From the NCBI GenBank assembly GCA_038061115.1, contig JBBTZY010000165.1, positions 1 through 27,465 of the forward strand: a stretch of DNA of 27,465 nt. The letters run 5' to 3'. The notes beneath the pieces were generated by a model, which ran no database searches, was not told where the DNA came from, and worked only from the letters and a program-made list of their open reading frames with translations. A program made the translations under genes and the position numbers. Position 1 is the first letter of the stretch. The number at the start of each line of letters is the position of its first letter. Below, piece after piece: positions 1-8,475 of this stretch. The DNA comes from Patescibacteria group bacterium (GTDB lineage Bacteria; Patescibacteriota; Patescibacteriia; Veblenbacterales; UBA10138).

Positions 1-3000
1 TAGGGTCTACCGGACAAGAATCAATTACATTGCCAGCGCGATCGTGAAGTTCAATTGTATCAGGTAAATTTCGCGCTTCATTCCAAGTATCTGAATCGGT
101 TTGCGCATAAGCATTTAAATCGTGAGTTTTATAATCAAATGGCAATTGGGTAAATTTAACTGACTTACCATCTACTAATCCTTCTTGCCAAGTGAGATTT
201 TTAAATTGATTAGGTTCAGCTTCAGTTGATGATTCTAAAGCAGGCGACGATTTACTAGTTTCAGGATGAAGTGCGGCAGCAGCGCGACGTAGCTCTGTTT
301 CAGCCACAGCTTCCGCGGCTCGTCCAGAAGTGCTTTGTACTTCTACTACCCGACCATTTTCACGCAACCAAACTGTATCGCCTTTATGAATTCTATTTAA
401 AAGATCATCGCCATCACCCATTTTGATATTATGAGTGCTAAATTTACCTACGGCCTCTCTCAATAAATCAGGACGATTATCATCCGTAATAACTGTTTCA
501 TCGCCTAATTCATTGTGAATAAAACCATCTTGAGTAGAAGTTGGCGCACCGTGAAGTGCTTTATCCACTGCTTCACTTACAGTATCAATATTTCCTCCAA
601 TTTTAATAGCAATAGGCGGATGTTCAGCTTGAACTCCTGGCCCTTTATTTATATTGTGAGTTTCGGTATTTAATTCACCGGCATTTTGTGAACCCTTACT
701 AGTACCAGCTTCTACTACTACCTTACTACCAGAACCACCTTTAAATAATTCACCAGCCGCCATGGCCGCCCAACTTGTTGCCGCACCAACTGCTGTACCT
801 ACGGCATAAGCCACATTTTCAGTAGCTCGTTCTATTTTTAACTTTTTTTCTAAAGATTTTACTCTAGCTTCTACTATTGATTGGTCAGGCATAATACCCT
901 GCTCAGCCGCTTGCTGAATTAAACTTTCAGCGCGTGCTTGAAGCAATGGATCATTCACCAATAAACCGCTAACTAAATAAGCCATCACCTCGTTGGCCCG
1001 TTTTTGACCATTAACCTCAGTCATAATATTACCAGCACCAGCAATCTTTTTTTCACCCCAACCAAAACTTACTTTTTTTAAAATCTTTTTGGTTACACTT
1101 CTATTCTGCTCTAATCCTAAAATCTGTTCACGCATTATTTGATAACGCTCTTCAATACCCATGCGCCGCAAAGCTGATTTAATTTGCCCACCCATTGTGA
1201 ATGCACCAAAGGCGCCACCCCAAACTTGTCCTAACCCAGGCACCCAAGCCATTACTGCGGCCATGGTACCACCAGCGATAGCTGATTTAGTAGCGCTATT
1301 TAACAAACCGTTTAATTTCAACCTCTCCATGTACTTAGCCAACTGTTTTTGATTACCTTGTTTAATCTGTTCAATGGCAGCCAATTCCCGGCTAAAAGAT
1401 TCTATTTGAGCTTCATTTTCAAAAGCCGATCCACAATGCTCTTTTAATAAACTTTTTATAGTATCGATATTAGTTTCTGACGTTAAAGCCACATGACCTT
1501 TTAATTTTTCAGCCAATAATTCACTCAAAACCTGTTTACCTAAAGTTTTAACTGTATCAGTGGTAAAAAATTTATTCACCACTTCTACACCCGCTTTATG
1601 CAAAGATGATTCATTCTCTTTACCTAATATTAAACTATTTAATTCTGGCATCAATCCACGGTTAATCAAAAACCGACCGCCACCAGCACCTGCGCCCATA
1701 ACACTAAAACCGCCGACTCGCGCTACATTGCCAATAGCATGACTAGCCGCTTCCGCGACGCCAGATAGCCAACGTGTCATAGCAATCCCACCACTCAATG
1801 CTAATTGCAATCCGAACTGCAAACCAATTTGCTTCTTGTGATATTTTAATGATTTGGCTTCTTCTAATTTAGCTTGTCCATCTAAACTTTTAGACATTCT
1901 ATCTTCAATCGTCTGTACTAAATTTTTTAGAATATCACTCTTTATTTCTTCTGGTATATTTTTTTTATCTAACAAGTTAGCAAGTTCATCCTTACTTTCA
2001 GATTTAAGATTTACTGTAAATTCGTTAAATGATTCAGTGATAGCGTTGCCTTTTTTGTCACGCTTGACACTACCATTATCATCTAACACCTCCACTTGAT
2101 TAGATTTAACTTGCCAATCATATTTTAATTCTGGTAAATCTTTTAACTTCAATTCATTCATTAATTTAGCCACATCAACCTTACCCCATTTTTTCTTTGG
2201 GGCTTCTGTGGGAGCTGGTGAAGTTTCGGTGGAAATAATTGGTGCGCGACCAGCTTGATCTCTTTCTTCCTGCTTTCTTGTAAATTCATTTAAGTATATT
2301 TGCTCTTCAGGAGTTAAAATTCCACCTATTTTAATCTTTTCTAAATATTCATTCACTTTTTTTGGTTCTTCCCCTTCTGATAATACGACTGACTCTACCT
2401 CAGTTGTCGCAACGACTGGCGCAACTTCGGGACCAGTTGGATTAACTACTGGCGCAACAGGTTCGGTAGTTAAAGTAATTTCTGGCTCAACTGGCGGAAT
2501 AACGACATCTGGTATTATAGGTTCAACAGTAACTTTAGGCACAGGTTCTGCTAGTGGTCCTACTTTAACTGACTCAGGTTTTATTGTTGGGTCAACTTTT
2601 AATTCAGATGGTGCCACTGGCTCGGCTTTCATACCTTCAATTGGTAAACCCTCATTTTGGTATAACTTAACTCTATCACTTACACTTTTTGGACTACGTA
2701 AAACTTTATTAACCTCACCACTAATCGCATTAACTAAATCTTCACCTCTTAAGCGCTTGAATTTTTTATTATTTTTAACTTGTTCTTTAATTGCCTTGCC
2801 TTGAGTTTCCAAAATTATTTCTGCTATTATTTTTTCATCCGCAGTTAATTCACGAGTAAATTTTATACCAAAACTATCATCCATAACCGATTTTGATTCT
2901 GCTTGATCTTGGTCAATAGTAACAATATTTTTATCTGCCTCAACCTGTTTAATAGCATTTTGAGCTTGTAACGCCTCCGCCTCCATTTGTGTTTTTATTC

Positions 3001-3268
3001 TTTCCAGTTCTTCTTTGGTTTGTTTTATATCTGCATCAATTTGTTTATTATTTGATGACTTGTCTTTATCTAATAAATTTTTTTGCTCTTCTTTTAATGA
3101 TTTTACATTACTAGATATAAAACCTCCTATCTCCTTAATATACTTTTTGGCGAATCCAATTAAACTTACCCCATTTCTTTCTTCAAAGGATTGAGGTGAA
3201 TCAATTTTTTTCTTTGGCTCAACTTGAGCTTGTGCTTCAGTTGACGGTTGTTTTAGTATCTCTGACAT
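1..3268 (-). CDS. Giant hypothetical protein, >1089 aa, 3' end outside the window; coiled-coil N-terminus, Pro/Val/Glu-rich tract, three Gly/Ala-rich hydrophobic segments, possible divergent LysM-like region
   Basis: Manual translation from ATG 3268 (MSEILKQPSTEAQAQVEPKK...) stays open to position 2 (...GNVIDSCPVDP); frame checked at 3268, 1162 and 4. It is absent from the ORF track because no stop lies in the window. Confidence 0.9.
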   Translation of the reverse strand, partial: MSEILKQPSTEAQAQVEPKKKIDSPQSFEERNGVSLIGFAKKYIKEIGGFISSNVKSLKEEQKNLLDKDKSSNNKQIDADIKQTKEELERIKTQMEAEALQAQNAIKQVEADKNIVTIDQDQAESKSVMDDSFGIKFTRELTADEKIIAEIILETQGKAIKEQVKNNKKFKRLRGEDLVNAISGEVNKVLRSPKSVSDRVKLYQNEGLPIEGMKAEPVAPSELKVDPTIKPESVKVGPLAEPVPKVTVEPIIPDVVIPPVEPEITLTTEPVAPVVNPTGPEVAPVVATTEVESVVLSEGEEPKKVNEYLEKIKIGGILTPEEQIYLNEFTRKQEERDQAGRAPIISTETSPAPTEAPKKKWGKVDVAKLMNELKLKDLPELKYDWQVKSNQVEVLDDNGSVKRDKKGNAITESFNEFTVNLKSESKDELANLLDKKNIPEEIKSDILKNLVQTIEDRMSKSLDGQAKLEEAKSLKYHKKQIGLQFGLQLALSGGIAMTRWLSGVAEAASHAIGNVARVGGFSVMGAGAGGGRFLINRGLMPELNSLILGKENESSLHKAGVEVVNKFFTTDTVKTLGKQVLSELLAEKLKGHVALTSETNIDTIKSLLKEHCGSAFENEAQIESFSRELAAIEQIKQGNQKQLAKYMERLKLNGLLNSATKSAIAGGTMAAVMAWVPGLGQVWGGAFGAFTMGGQIKSALRRMGIEERYQIMREQILGLEQNRSVTKKILKKVSFGWGEKKIAGAGNIMTEVNGQKRANEVMAYLVSGLLVNDPLLQARAESLIQQAAEQGIMPDQSIVEARVKSLEKKLKIERATENVAYAVGTAVGAATSWAAMAAGELFKGGSGSKVVVEAGTSKGSQNAGELNTETHNINKGPGVQAEHPPIAIKIGGNIDTVSEAVDKALHGAPTSTQDGFIHNELGDETVITDDNRPDLLREAVGKFSTHNIKMGDGDDLLNRIHKGDTVWLRENGRVVEVQSTSGRAAEAVAETELRRAAAALHPETSKSSPALESSTEAEPNQFKNLTWQEGLVDGKSVKFTQLPFDYKTHDLNAYAQTDSDTWNEARNLPDTIELHDRAGNVIDSCPVDP

Positions 3269-3295
3269 AAATAGCTTGGATTTCAAATTCTAAAA

Positions 3296-3472
3296 TTATT
3301 TATCTATATTATTTTGTTTAAGTGATTTTAAAATCTCATCGGCTCGCAGATGGTCAATCTTCTTTAAGGTATTATGAATTACTTGATGGGCACGCGTTCG
3401 ATGATATAATATCTTACGTTCAAAATCGGCGTAGATACTTTCAATTTTTTTAATTTTTTCTTCGTCGGTCAT
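3296..3472 (-). CDS. Small helical hypothetical protein, 58 aa (MTDEEKIKKIESIYADFERKILYHRTRAHQVIHNTLKKIDHLRADEILKSLKQNNIDK)
   Basis: ATG 3472 to TAA 3296; fills the gap between two co-oriented genes; amphipathic helical pattern resembling small CPR proteins. Below the ORF-track length cut-off. Confidence 0.75.
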   Translation of the reverse strand: MTDEEKIKKIESIYADFERKILYHRTRAHQVIHNTLKKIDHLRADEILKSLKQNNIDK

Positions 3473-3480
3473 ATGTTTAA

Positions 3481-3549
3481 GTTCCTAGTTCCTAGCCAAT
3501 AGTTCCTAGTTTTATTTCTCTAGTGGCTAAGAACTAATTGCTAGTGGCT
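3481..3549. repeat. Intergenic heptamer (GTTCCTA) hairpin element
   Basis: GTTCCTA x3; 3486-3502 TAGTTCCTAGCCAATAG is an inverted repeat of 3520-3536 (2 mismatches in 17); a further partial copy (CTAGTGGCT) supplies the TAG stop at 3541. Confidence 0.8.
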
Positions 3550-3870
3550 TTTACTCAACTTCACAAACTCTTCCACCGTTTCATCCAAAACCTGTTTTAA
3601 AAATGTTTGATACTCAGGAATATGTTTACTAAAAAATTCTATTTGCGCGGGAAGCGAAACATCATCGGCCGTTTGTATAAATTCCGCATAAGCGGTAGTA
3701 TCTGCCTCATTTAAAGCATTTAAAGATGTTATATAAAGTTTTTCTTCTAAAACACTAGCCAACTCCTGCCTTAACACAGTAATTTGTTCAGACGACAAAA
3801 CACCCCTAGAGGATTTCTCTAATGCTTGGTTTAAATAATCATCAAATAATTCGGGTCCGGATTTTTCCAT
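3541..3870 (-). CDS. Acidic helical hypothetical protein, 109 aa, DUF5663-like (CPR-enriched family)
   Basis: ATG 3870 lies 1 nt after the upstream TAA (3872), so it is preferred over TTG 3897. The pattern LEEKL...LNEAD...FFSKHIPEY...EEF resembles DUF5663 from memory; not searched. Confidence 0.7.
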   Translation of the reverse strand: MEKSGPELFDDYLNQALEKSSRGVLSSEQITVLRQELASVLEEKLYITSLNALNEADTTAYAEFIQTADDVSLPAQIEFFSKHIPEYQTFLKQVLDETVEEFVKLSKSH

Positions 3871-3871
3871 A

Positions 3872-6811
3872 TTATTTAACTTTAGTATTAACTTCAAATT
3901 CTTTATAATGTTTTATATACTCATTATACAACAGACGTTTAAGAGCGGCCAATTTGTATTGCCAAGCACGCTCAAATTCTTGCTCTTGCTCAGCTGAATC
4001 AGTAGCTTTAGCACTAGGAGGTAAATTGTCATACCAAACCTTTAATTCTTTTTTTATCTCAGTTTTGTCAATAGCTTGCCAATGTTCTTCAATTTTATTT
4101 TCTAAAGTTAAATACTCTTTGAGTTTGCCTTGTGCTTTATTGGCTAAGCCGGGTGACAAAGTATTTAAAGCTTCACGTAAAGTTACTGTTAATTCCCGTG
4201 TATCAGAAGGTTTTACTCCCATTACTCCACGTACATCCCGTCTTTGTTCTAAATTACCAAGTAATTTATGAATCGGCGGGGCTTCTTTGCGCACAGTATT
4301 TACCACAAAACTGCCAATTTGAGGAGAGAATTTTATGAGACCAGTAAAATCTTCAAATGCTCGTACCACATTATGATCCACCGCGTCACGACGTTTACCT
4401 TGTTTGTCAACAAAATACATAGCATCATCAAAATCTTGTACCATAATAATAAATTTTAACTCCACCTTTTTTCCAGCTTGTTGATAAGGAACGCGCACTA
4501 AACGACCAGCGGCTTCTAATTTTTCATCTCGTTCTCTTTTTTTAACAATCAGTTCTCCAGCTTTTCTTATTTTATAAGCTTCTTCGTCTTCATCTGGTAA
4601 GCGGGGAATATCAACATAAAATAATTTTTTAGCGGCTGCTATTTTTCTACTAACAAAATCAGTTTTATCAACATTTTTATACTTTAAACCGAAACTCCCT
4701 AACTCACTGTCTGACAAAGTTTGATTATATAAATCTTTCTTAAATTCTTCAAAATTATTTTCAGTAATTGTTTTATTTTCTAAATTATTTACAATGTAAT
4801 CGTATATGTTATCTATGCTATTAACTTGGCCAGCTAACCCTCTTAAAGTTCGACTACTATTCATAAATTGATATACATTAGTAATCAATTCACCATTATC
4901 ATCTTTATTTGCTAAATCAACTAACACTTGAAGGGCCCAAGTATTAAATTTATCTTTTTCAGCATCACCTACATTGGCCGACTCTTTTAACCAACCGCCG
5001 GCTTTAAATAAACGATAAGCTTGATAAGCCGCCGAAGTTTCTAAACCATGACGATGTTGGTGATTATCTAAAGCTAAAAGCACTTGATTGGGTTGTTGTT
5101 CTAATTCAATTGGGGATTTATCTGGTGACCACGACTGACTCACAGCCATAGTTGGGCCTGAGAAACCACCAGCATCAAACATTATCCCCTTATATACTTC
5201 ATTATCCCCCATTACAACATTTTTTTCTTTATTATCAAACCCCGCTTTTTTAGCTAACCACAAACTCACGATTACATCTAAATCTCGATCATCTTGTAAT
5301 TGTGGCTGATCTTTATAAACACGCCATTTACCACTATAAGCCACATGATTAAATAATTTTTTCATCGCCTGACGGCGCAACGCATCACGCTCCTCTAGTG
5401 GCTTTTTTTCAAATTCATTTCTACCTTCATCTCCGTCTAATTTCGCTACAGCACAGGCAGTTTTAGTTAATAATTCAAAAGCTGGGTCAAAATTTCCTTT
5501 TTCTACTCTAATTAAAAATTTTCTTACTTCTTCTTGCCAAACATTATTGTCTTTCATTAATCTCGCCACATAATCATCAGCTTTATAATAATCTGGCAAA
5601 TATTTACCATTAATAAAATACTGCCTCATTTTATCAGGCATTAACCCCTTCAAATCTTCTCCTTCTAAAAATTCTTGAATTTCTTCACGCAAACGATCTT
5701 TTTCTTTATTCTCTCCACTGCCATCATCTCCGCCCTTTTTATTTTTTTCAACTACCAATGTTTGATCTTTTGTAGATTCATTGGTCACTCGTTTAGTATT
5801 AGGATGCGATTCCGTCTCCAACTCATTTTTCCAATTTTTCAAATTCTTTATTAAATCGTTGGTTCGTTTTTTTAAATCATCAGCCGATTCAACACTCACA
5901 CCAACAAATTTATTCGCATCTACCATACGATCCAATTCTTCGAGCGCTAAAGCGGCTGATTCTAAATAATCTTTACCTCGATACTTTAATCGCAAAGGAT
6001 CCTTTTTATTTAATTCTGCTACTGACTTAGCTAATTCAGTAAAAAGCTTATCTGCCGAAGCATATAAACTTGTCAACTCTTTTTGTTGAGCTTCGCTAAT
6101 TTCAGAAAGAGGTATTGTTTCACTTTGTTCATTATTCAACATACTTTTTTGAACTAATCCTTTGTCAATTTCTGCTGTATCATCTGAATTTGACACTATT
6201 GGTTCAGGTGTAATTTTACCATTATCACTTTCTACCTCTGACACAGGGCTGTAATTCACGCCTGTTAAATAATCCTCAATGGCTAGTTCTAAAATATTAC
6301 CTTTATTTTTTGCATCAACAAACATGTGTACTTCCTTTTCTTCTGGTTCACCTTCGTCCTCAATGTATTTATAATTACTACCAAGAATTAATTCCAAAAC
6401 AAATTTGGGCTTATCTAATTTAGAAATGCCTTTTTTGATTCCTTCTAAATAGCTACGGAACTGACTCAACCTTCTCGGTTCTACTTCATCTTCTTCTACA
6501 GCCCTTAATACTTCTTTATCTTCACCAAAATACTTAGCCGCTAAAGATAATAATTCTTCGTCTACATTTGTTTTTTTATTGAACGTCGAAAACAAACTCA
6601 CTCTACCATCTGGATCATTTTTCCAATAGTCAAAAATTTCATCTAAATCTTCTCGATATTTAACATAATCAGGGGTATTTCTAATTACTTGAGGATCATG
6701 ATCTAATGTAACTCTTTTTCCGTCCTCAATATTAAAAACTTCTACTTTTTGAGTATCTGAACCTACCTGTCTGTTATTATCCATCGATGACAAGACGCTT
6801 TCTGATGACAT
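3872..6811 (-). CDS. Large hypothetical protein, 979 aa, with a DHH/MYG1-like phosphoesterase motif set in the C-terminal half
   Basis: Long open ORF; motifs D510-L-D512, FD546AGG, LD582-N-H-Q followed by TSAA, and D637/D638 occur in DHH-superfamily order. Alternative start is ATG 6784. Confidence 0.85.
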   Translation of the reverse strand: MSSESVLSSMDNNRQVGSDTQKVEVFNIEDGKRVTLDHDPQVIRNTPDYVKYREDLDEIFDYWKNDPDGRVSLFSTFNKKTNVDEELLSLAAKYFGEDKEVLRAVEEDEVEPRRLSQFRSYLEGIKKGISKLDKPKFVLELILGSNYKYIEDEGEPEEKEVHMFVDAKNKGNILELAIEDYLTGVNYSPVSEVESDNGKITPEPIVSNSDDTAEIDKGLVQKSMLNNEQSETIPLSEISEAQQKELTSLYASADKLFTELAKSVAELNKKDPLRLKYRGKDYLESAALALEELDRMVDANKFVGVSVESADDLKKRTNDLIKNLKNWKNELETESHPNTKRVTNESTKDQTLVVEKNKKGGDDGSGENKEKDRLREEIQEFLEGEDLKGLMPDKMRQYFINGKYLPDYYKADDYVARLMKDNNVWQEEVRKFLIRVEKGNFDPAFELLTKTACAVAKLDGDEGRNEFEKKPLEERDALRRQAMKKLFNHVAYSGKWRVYKDQPQLQDDRDLDVIVSLWLAKKAGFDNKEKNVVMGDNEVYKGIMFDAGGFSGPTMAVSQSWSPDKSPIELEQQPNQVLLALDNHQHRHGLETSAAYQAYRLFKAGGWLKESANVGDAEKDKFNTWALQVLVDLANKDDNGELITNVYQFMNSSRTLRGLAGQVNSIDNIYDYIVNNLENKTITENNFEEFKKDLYNQTLSDSELGSFGLKYKNVDKTDFVSRKIAAAKKLFYVDIPRLPDEDEEAYKIRKAGELIVKKRERDEKLEAAGRLVRVPYQQAGKKVELKFIIMVQDFDDAMYFVDKQGKRRDAVDHNVVRAFEDFTGLIKFSPQIGSFVVNTVRKEAPPIHKLLGNLEQRRDVRGVMGVKPSDTRELTVTLREALNTLSPGLANKAQGKLKEYLTLENKIEEHWQAIDKTEIKKELKVWYDNLPPSAKATDSAEQEQEFERAWQYKLAALKRLLYNEYIKHYKEFEVNTKVK

Positions 6812-6842
6812 AAAACAAAACTAAGCCGAAAGTTCCGGCTTA
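6812..6842 (-). terminator. Intrinsic terminator-like hairpin immediately before the 979-aa start codon
   Basis: Minus strand TAAGCCGGA-ACT-TTCGGCTTA (9 bp including one G.U) followed by GTTTTGTTTT, then ATG 6811. Confidence 0.65.
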
Positions 6843-6869
6843 AAATAAAAACACCACACCTTAGTGGTG
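6842..6869 (-). terminator. Intrinsic terminator-like hairpin
   Basis: Minus strand CACCAC-TAAGGT-GTGGTG followed by TTTTTATTTT. Confidence 0.65.
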
Positions 6870-7200
6870 GGTTGAACTAATAGTTTCATCAAATAAAATC
6901 CAAAGTGCGCCACGACGAATTTGTTGCCAAACTCTCGAACCGAGATTGAGATTGGTTGGTTTGCGCCATGTACAAACATAATGGGCACTTGCGCTTGCGC
7001 GCTTTTTAGAATTAGCTTGAAAATTGGATTGAAATCCCGGCCGCATAAATTTTATTCCACCTTCGCCTAAATACTTAGGGAAAACTAGAAATTAAGCAAA
7101 GATGAAAACTTTCTGAAACACCCCAAGAATTTGATGCTACGGCGGATTCCGCCGTAAAAAATCATTTTCTGTAGGAGCTTCATTTTATTTTATTATTTAT
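6843..7200 (-). other. Candidate ~350-nt structured transcript (sRNA, leader or small-ORF mRNA)
   Basis: Bounded by a consensus promoter and tandem terminators; contains several stems plus 32-aa (7085-7183) and 61-aa (6861-7046) ORFs; no tmRNA, RNase P or SRP signature seen. Confidence 0.35.
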
Positions 7201-7206
7201 ATATCT

Positions 7207-7235
7207 ATTATACAGGAAATTTTGGATGTTGTCAA
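7207..7235 (-). promoter_or_regulatory. Consensus sigma70 promoter TTGACA-N17-TATAAT
   Basis: -35 TTGACA at 7235-7230, 17-nt spacer, -10 TATAAT at 7212-7207. Confidence 0.85.
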
Positions 7236-7261
7236 ACAAAAATCGCCCCGAAAGGCGATTT
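7234..7261 (-). terminator. tRNA-Asp terminator
   Basis: AAATCGCC-TTTCGG-GGCGATTT stem (UUCG-type loop) followed by TTGTTT, 11 nt after the tRNA CCA end. Confidence 0.85.
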
Positions 7262-7272
7262 ACACATTATAC

Positions 7273-7350
7273 TGGCGGGCCCGGCCGGATTCGAACCGGT
7301 GATCTTCTCCGTGACAGGGAGACGTGTTAACCGGGCTACACCACGGGCCC
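7273..7350 (-). tRNA. tRNA-Asp (GTC), CCA encoded
   Basis: Acceptor stem GGGCCCG/CGGGCCC, discriminator G, D stem GTGT/ACAC, anticodon stem TCTCC/GGAGA with loop CTGTCAC, T loop TTCGAAT. Confidence 0.97.
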
Positions 7351-7367
7351 ACGAAATGTGCCTTGCT

Positions 7368-7395
7368 ACTATAACATAACTAAAATACTTTTCAA
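7368..7395 (-). promoter_or_regulatory. Promoter of tRNA-Asp (TTGAAA-N16-TGnTATAGT)
   Basis: Extended -10 TGTTATAGT (7376-7368) and -35 TTGAAA (7395-7390) overlapping the lgt stop codon. Confidence 0.6.
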
Positions 7396-8198
7396 GTTGT
7401 GGGTAATTTATTACCCCTTTTATATGATTTATAAATCAAAACAATACCTATTACTATTACAAGTAAACTAATTAGTAATCCAATCCTAATACCCACAATC
7501 ATTAACTGTTCATCTACTCGAATAAACTCTAAAGCGAAACGCAATAGCCCGCTACCAATTAAATAATAAGCAAAAATTGAACCAACTGGTTTTAAGCGCC
7601 GCCCGAGTAATAATAAAATAATAGTTAAAATTACTAACCCAATTGATTCGTATAAAAACGTAGGGTGAAAATAATTTTGAGCGCTAAACTCATTGGGGCG
7701 AAACTCGGGCGCAATCGGAATACCCCACGGTAAATTAGTTGGTAATCCAAAAAGTTCTTGATTAAAATAATTACCAAATCTACCAATCGCCTGCCCTGCC
7801 GCAAGCGCTGGCGCTAAAATATCAAGCAGTGATAAAAAATTTATGCTTTGCTTTTTACACCACCACCATAAATAAACTCCACCAAAAATAATTGCGCCGT
7901 GGAAAGCTAACCCCCCTTGCCAAATATAAAAAATTTCTGATAGGTGATTCTTAAAGTACCACCATTCAAATAAAAAAACATTAGTGAGGCGCGCGCCCAA
8001 CAAACCAATTAAAACTAGCGGTAAAAACAAGTTGTCAAACTTGGCTTTATCGTGTCCGGCTTTACCAAAATAATAACGCGCTAAAAAATAACCCGCTACA
8101 ACTCCCACAGTTAACATAATCCCGTACCAACGAATTGGCACGGGACCGATGGTTACAGCGATAGCATTGGGAACAGTGTTATGGAGTAAGGCCAACAT
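7392..8198 (-). CDS. lgt: Prolipoprotein diacylglyceryl transferase
   Basis: Motifs IRWYG, WQGGLAFHG, GRFGNYFNQELFG, HPTFLYE and RFALEFIR; multiple TM helices. Confidence 0.96.
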   Translation of the reverse strand: MLALLHNTVPNAIAVTIGPVPIRWYGIMLTVGVVAGYFLARYYFGKAGHDKAKFDNLFLPLVLIGLLGARLTNVFLFEWWYFKNHLSEIFYIWQGGLAFHGAIIFGGVYLWWWCKKQSINFLSLLDILAPALAAGQAIGRFGNYFNQELFGLPTNLPWGIPIAPEFRPNEFSAQNYFHPTFLYESIGLVILTIILLLLGRRLKPVGSIFAYYLIGSGLLRFALEFIRVDEQLMIVGIRIGLLISLLVIVIGIVLIYKSYKRGNKLPTT

Positions 8199-8200
8199 TA

Positions 8201-8293
8201 TTTTAGAAGCTAGAATATAGAAGTTAGAATCTAGAATTCGGACTGTCTGGCTTCGCCAGATCTCGCGAAGTGATGATACTTATCTAAATTCGA
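8201..8293. repeat. GATAAGT-core heptamer hairpin element (reverse orientation, truncated) with a 31-nt nested insert
   Basis: The reverse complement matches 20492-20547 apart from an insert at 8246-8276 (containing TCTGGC-TTC-GCCAGA) in the core. Confidence 0.8.
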
Positions 8294-8297
8294 CGCC

Positions 8298-8400
8298 CTA
8301 AATCCGAAATCCGAAACTCTAAATTCAAATGTTTAATAACTTTTTTGGATTTTAGTCATTAGGATTTATTTAGGATTTAGAAATTAGGATTTAGGATTTT
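8298..8400. repeat. AAATCC/GGATTT heptamer hairpin element with AAATGTTTAA core
   Basis: AAATCCG/CTAAAT arms versus TTAGGAT arms; core at 8327-8336. Confidence 0.8.
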
Positions 8401-8406
8401 TATTAC

Positions 8407-8432
8407 TGGATTCCCGCTTTCGCGGGAATGAC
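8407..8432. repeat. REP-like palindrome ATTCCC-N8-GGGAAT (dRS3/RPE-like)
   Basis: TGG-ATTCCC-GCTTTCGC-GGGAAT-GAC; sister copies at 13385 and 23178. Confidence 0.88.
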
Positions 8433-8475
8433 AACCGCTACTTAACTCTTACTCTAAGCTCTTACTCTTACTAAC

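Noticed and set aside
6861-7183. 61-aa and 32-aa ORFs as confident CDSs
   Set aside because: No family resemblance and they overlap RNA stems; kept only as part of the leader/sRNA finding.
1-7350. Prophage or integrative island at tRNA-Asp
   Set aside because: No integrase, phage genes or duplicated tRNA 3' end visible; the left boundary is outside the window, so it cannot be fully excluded.
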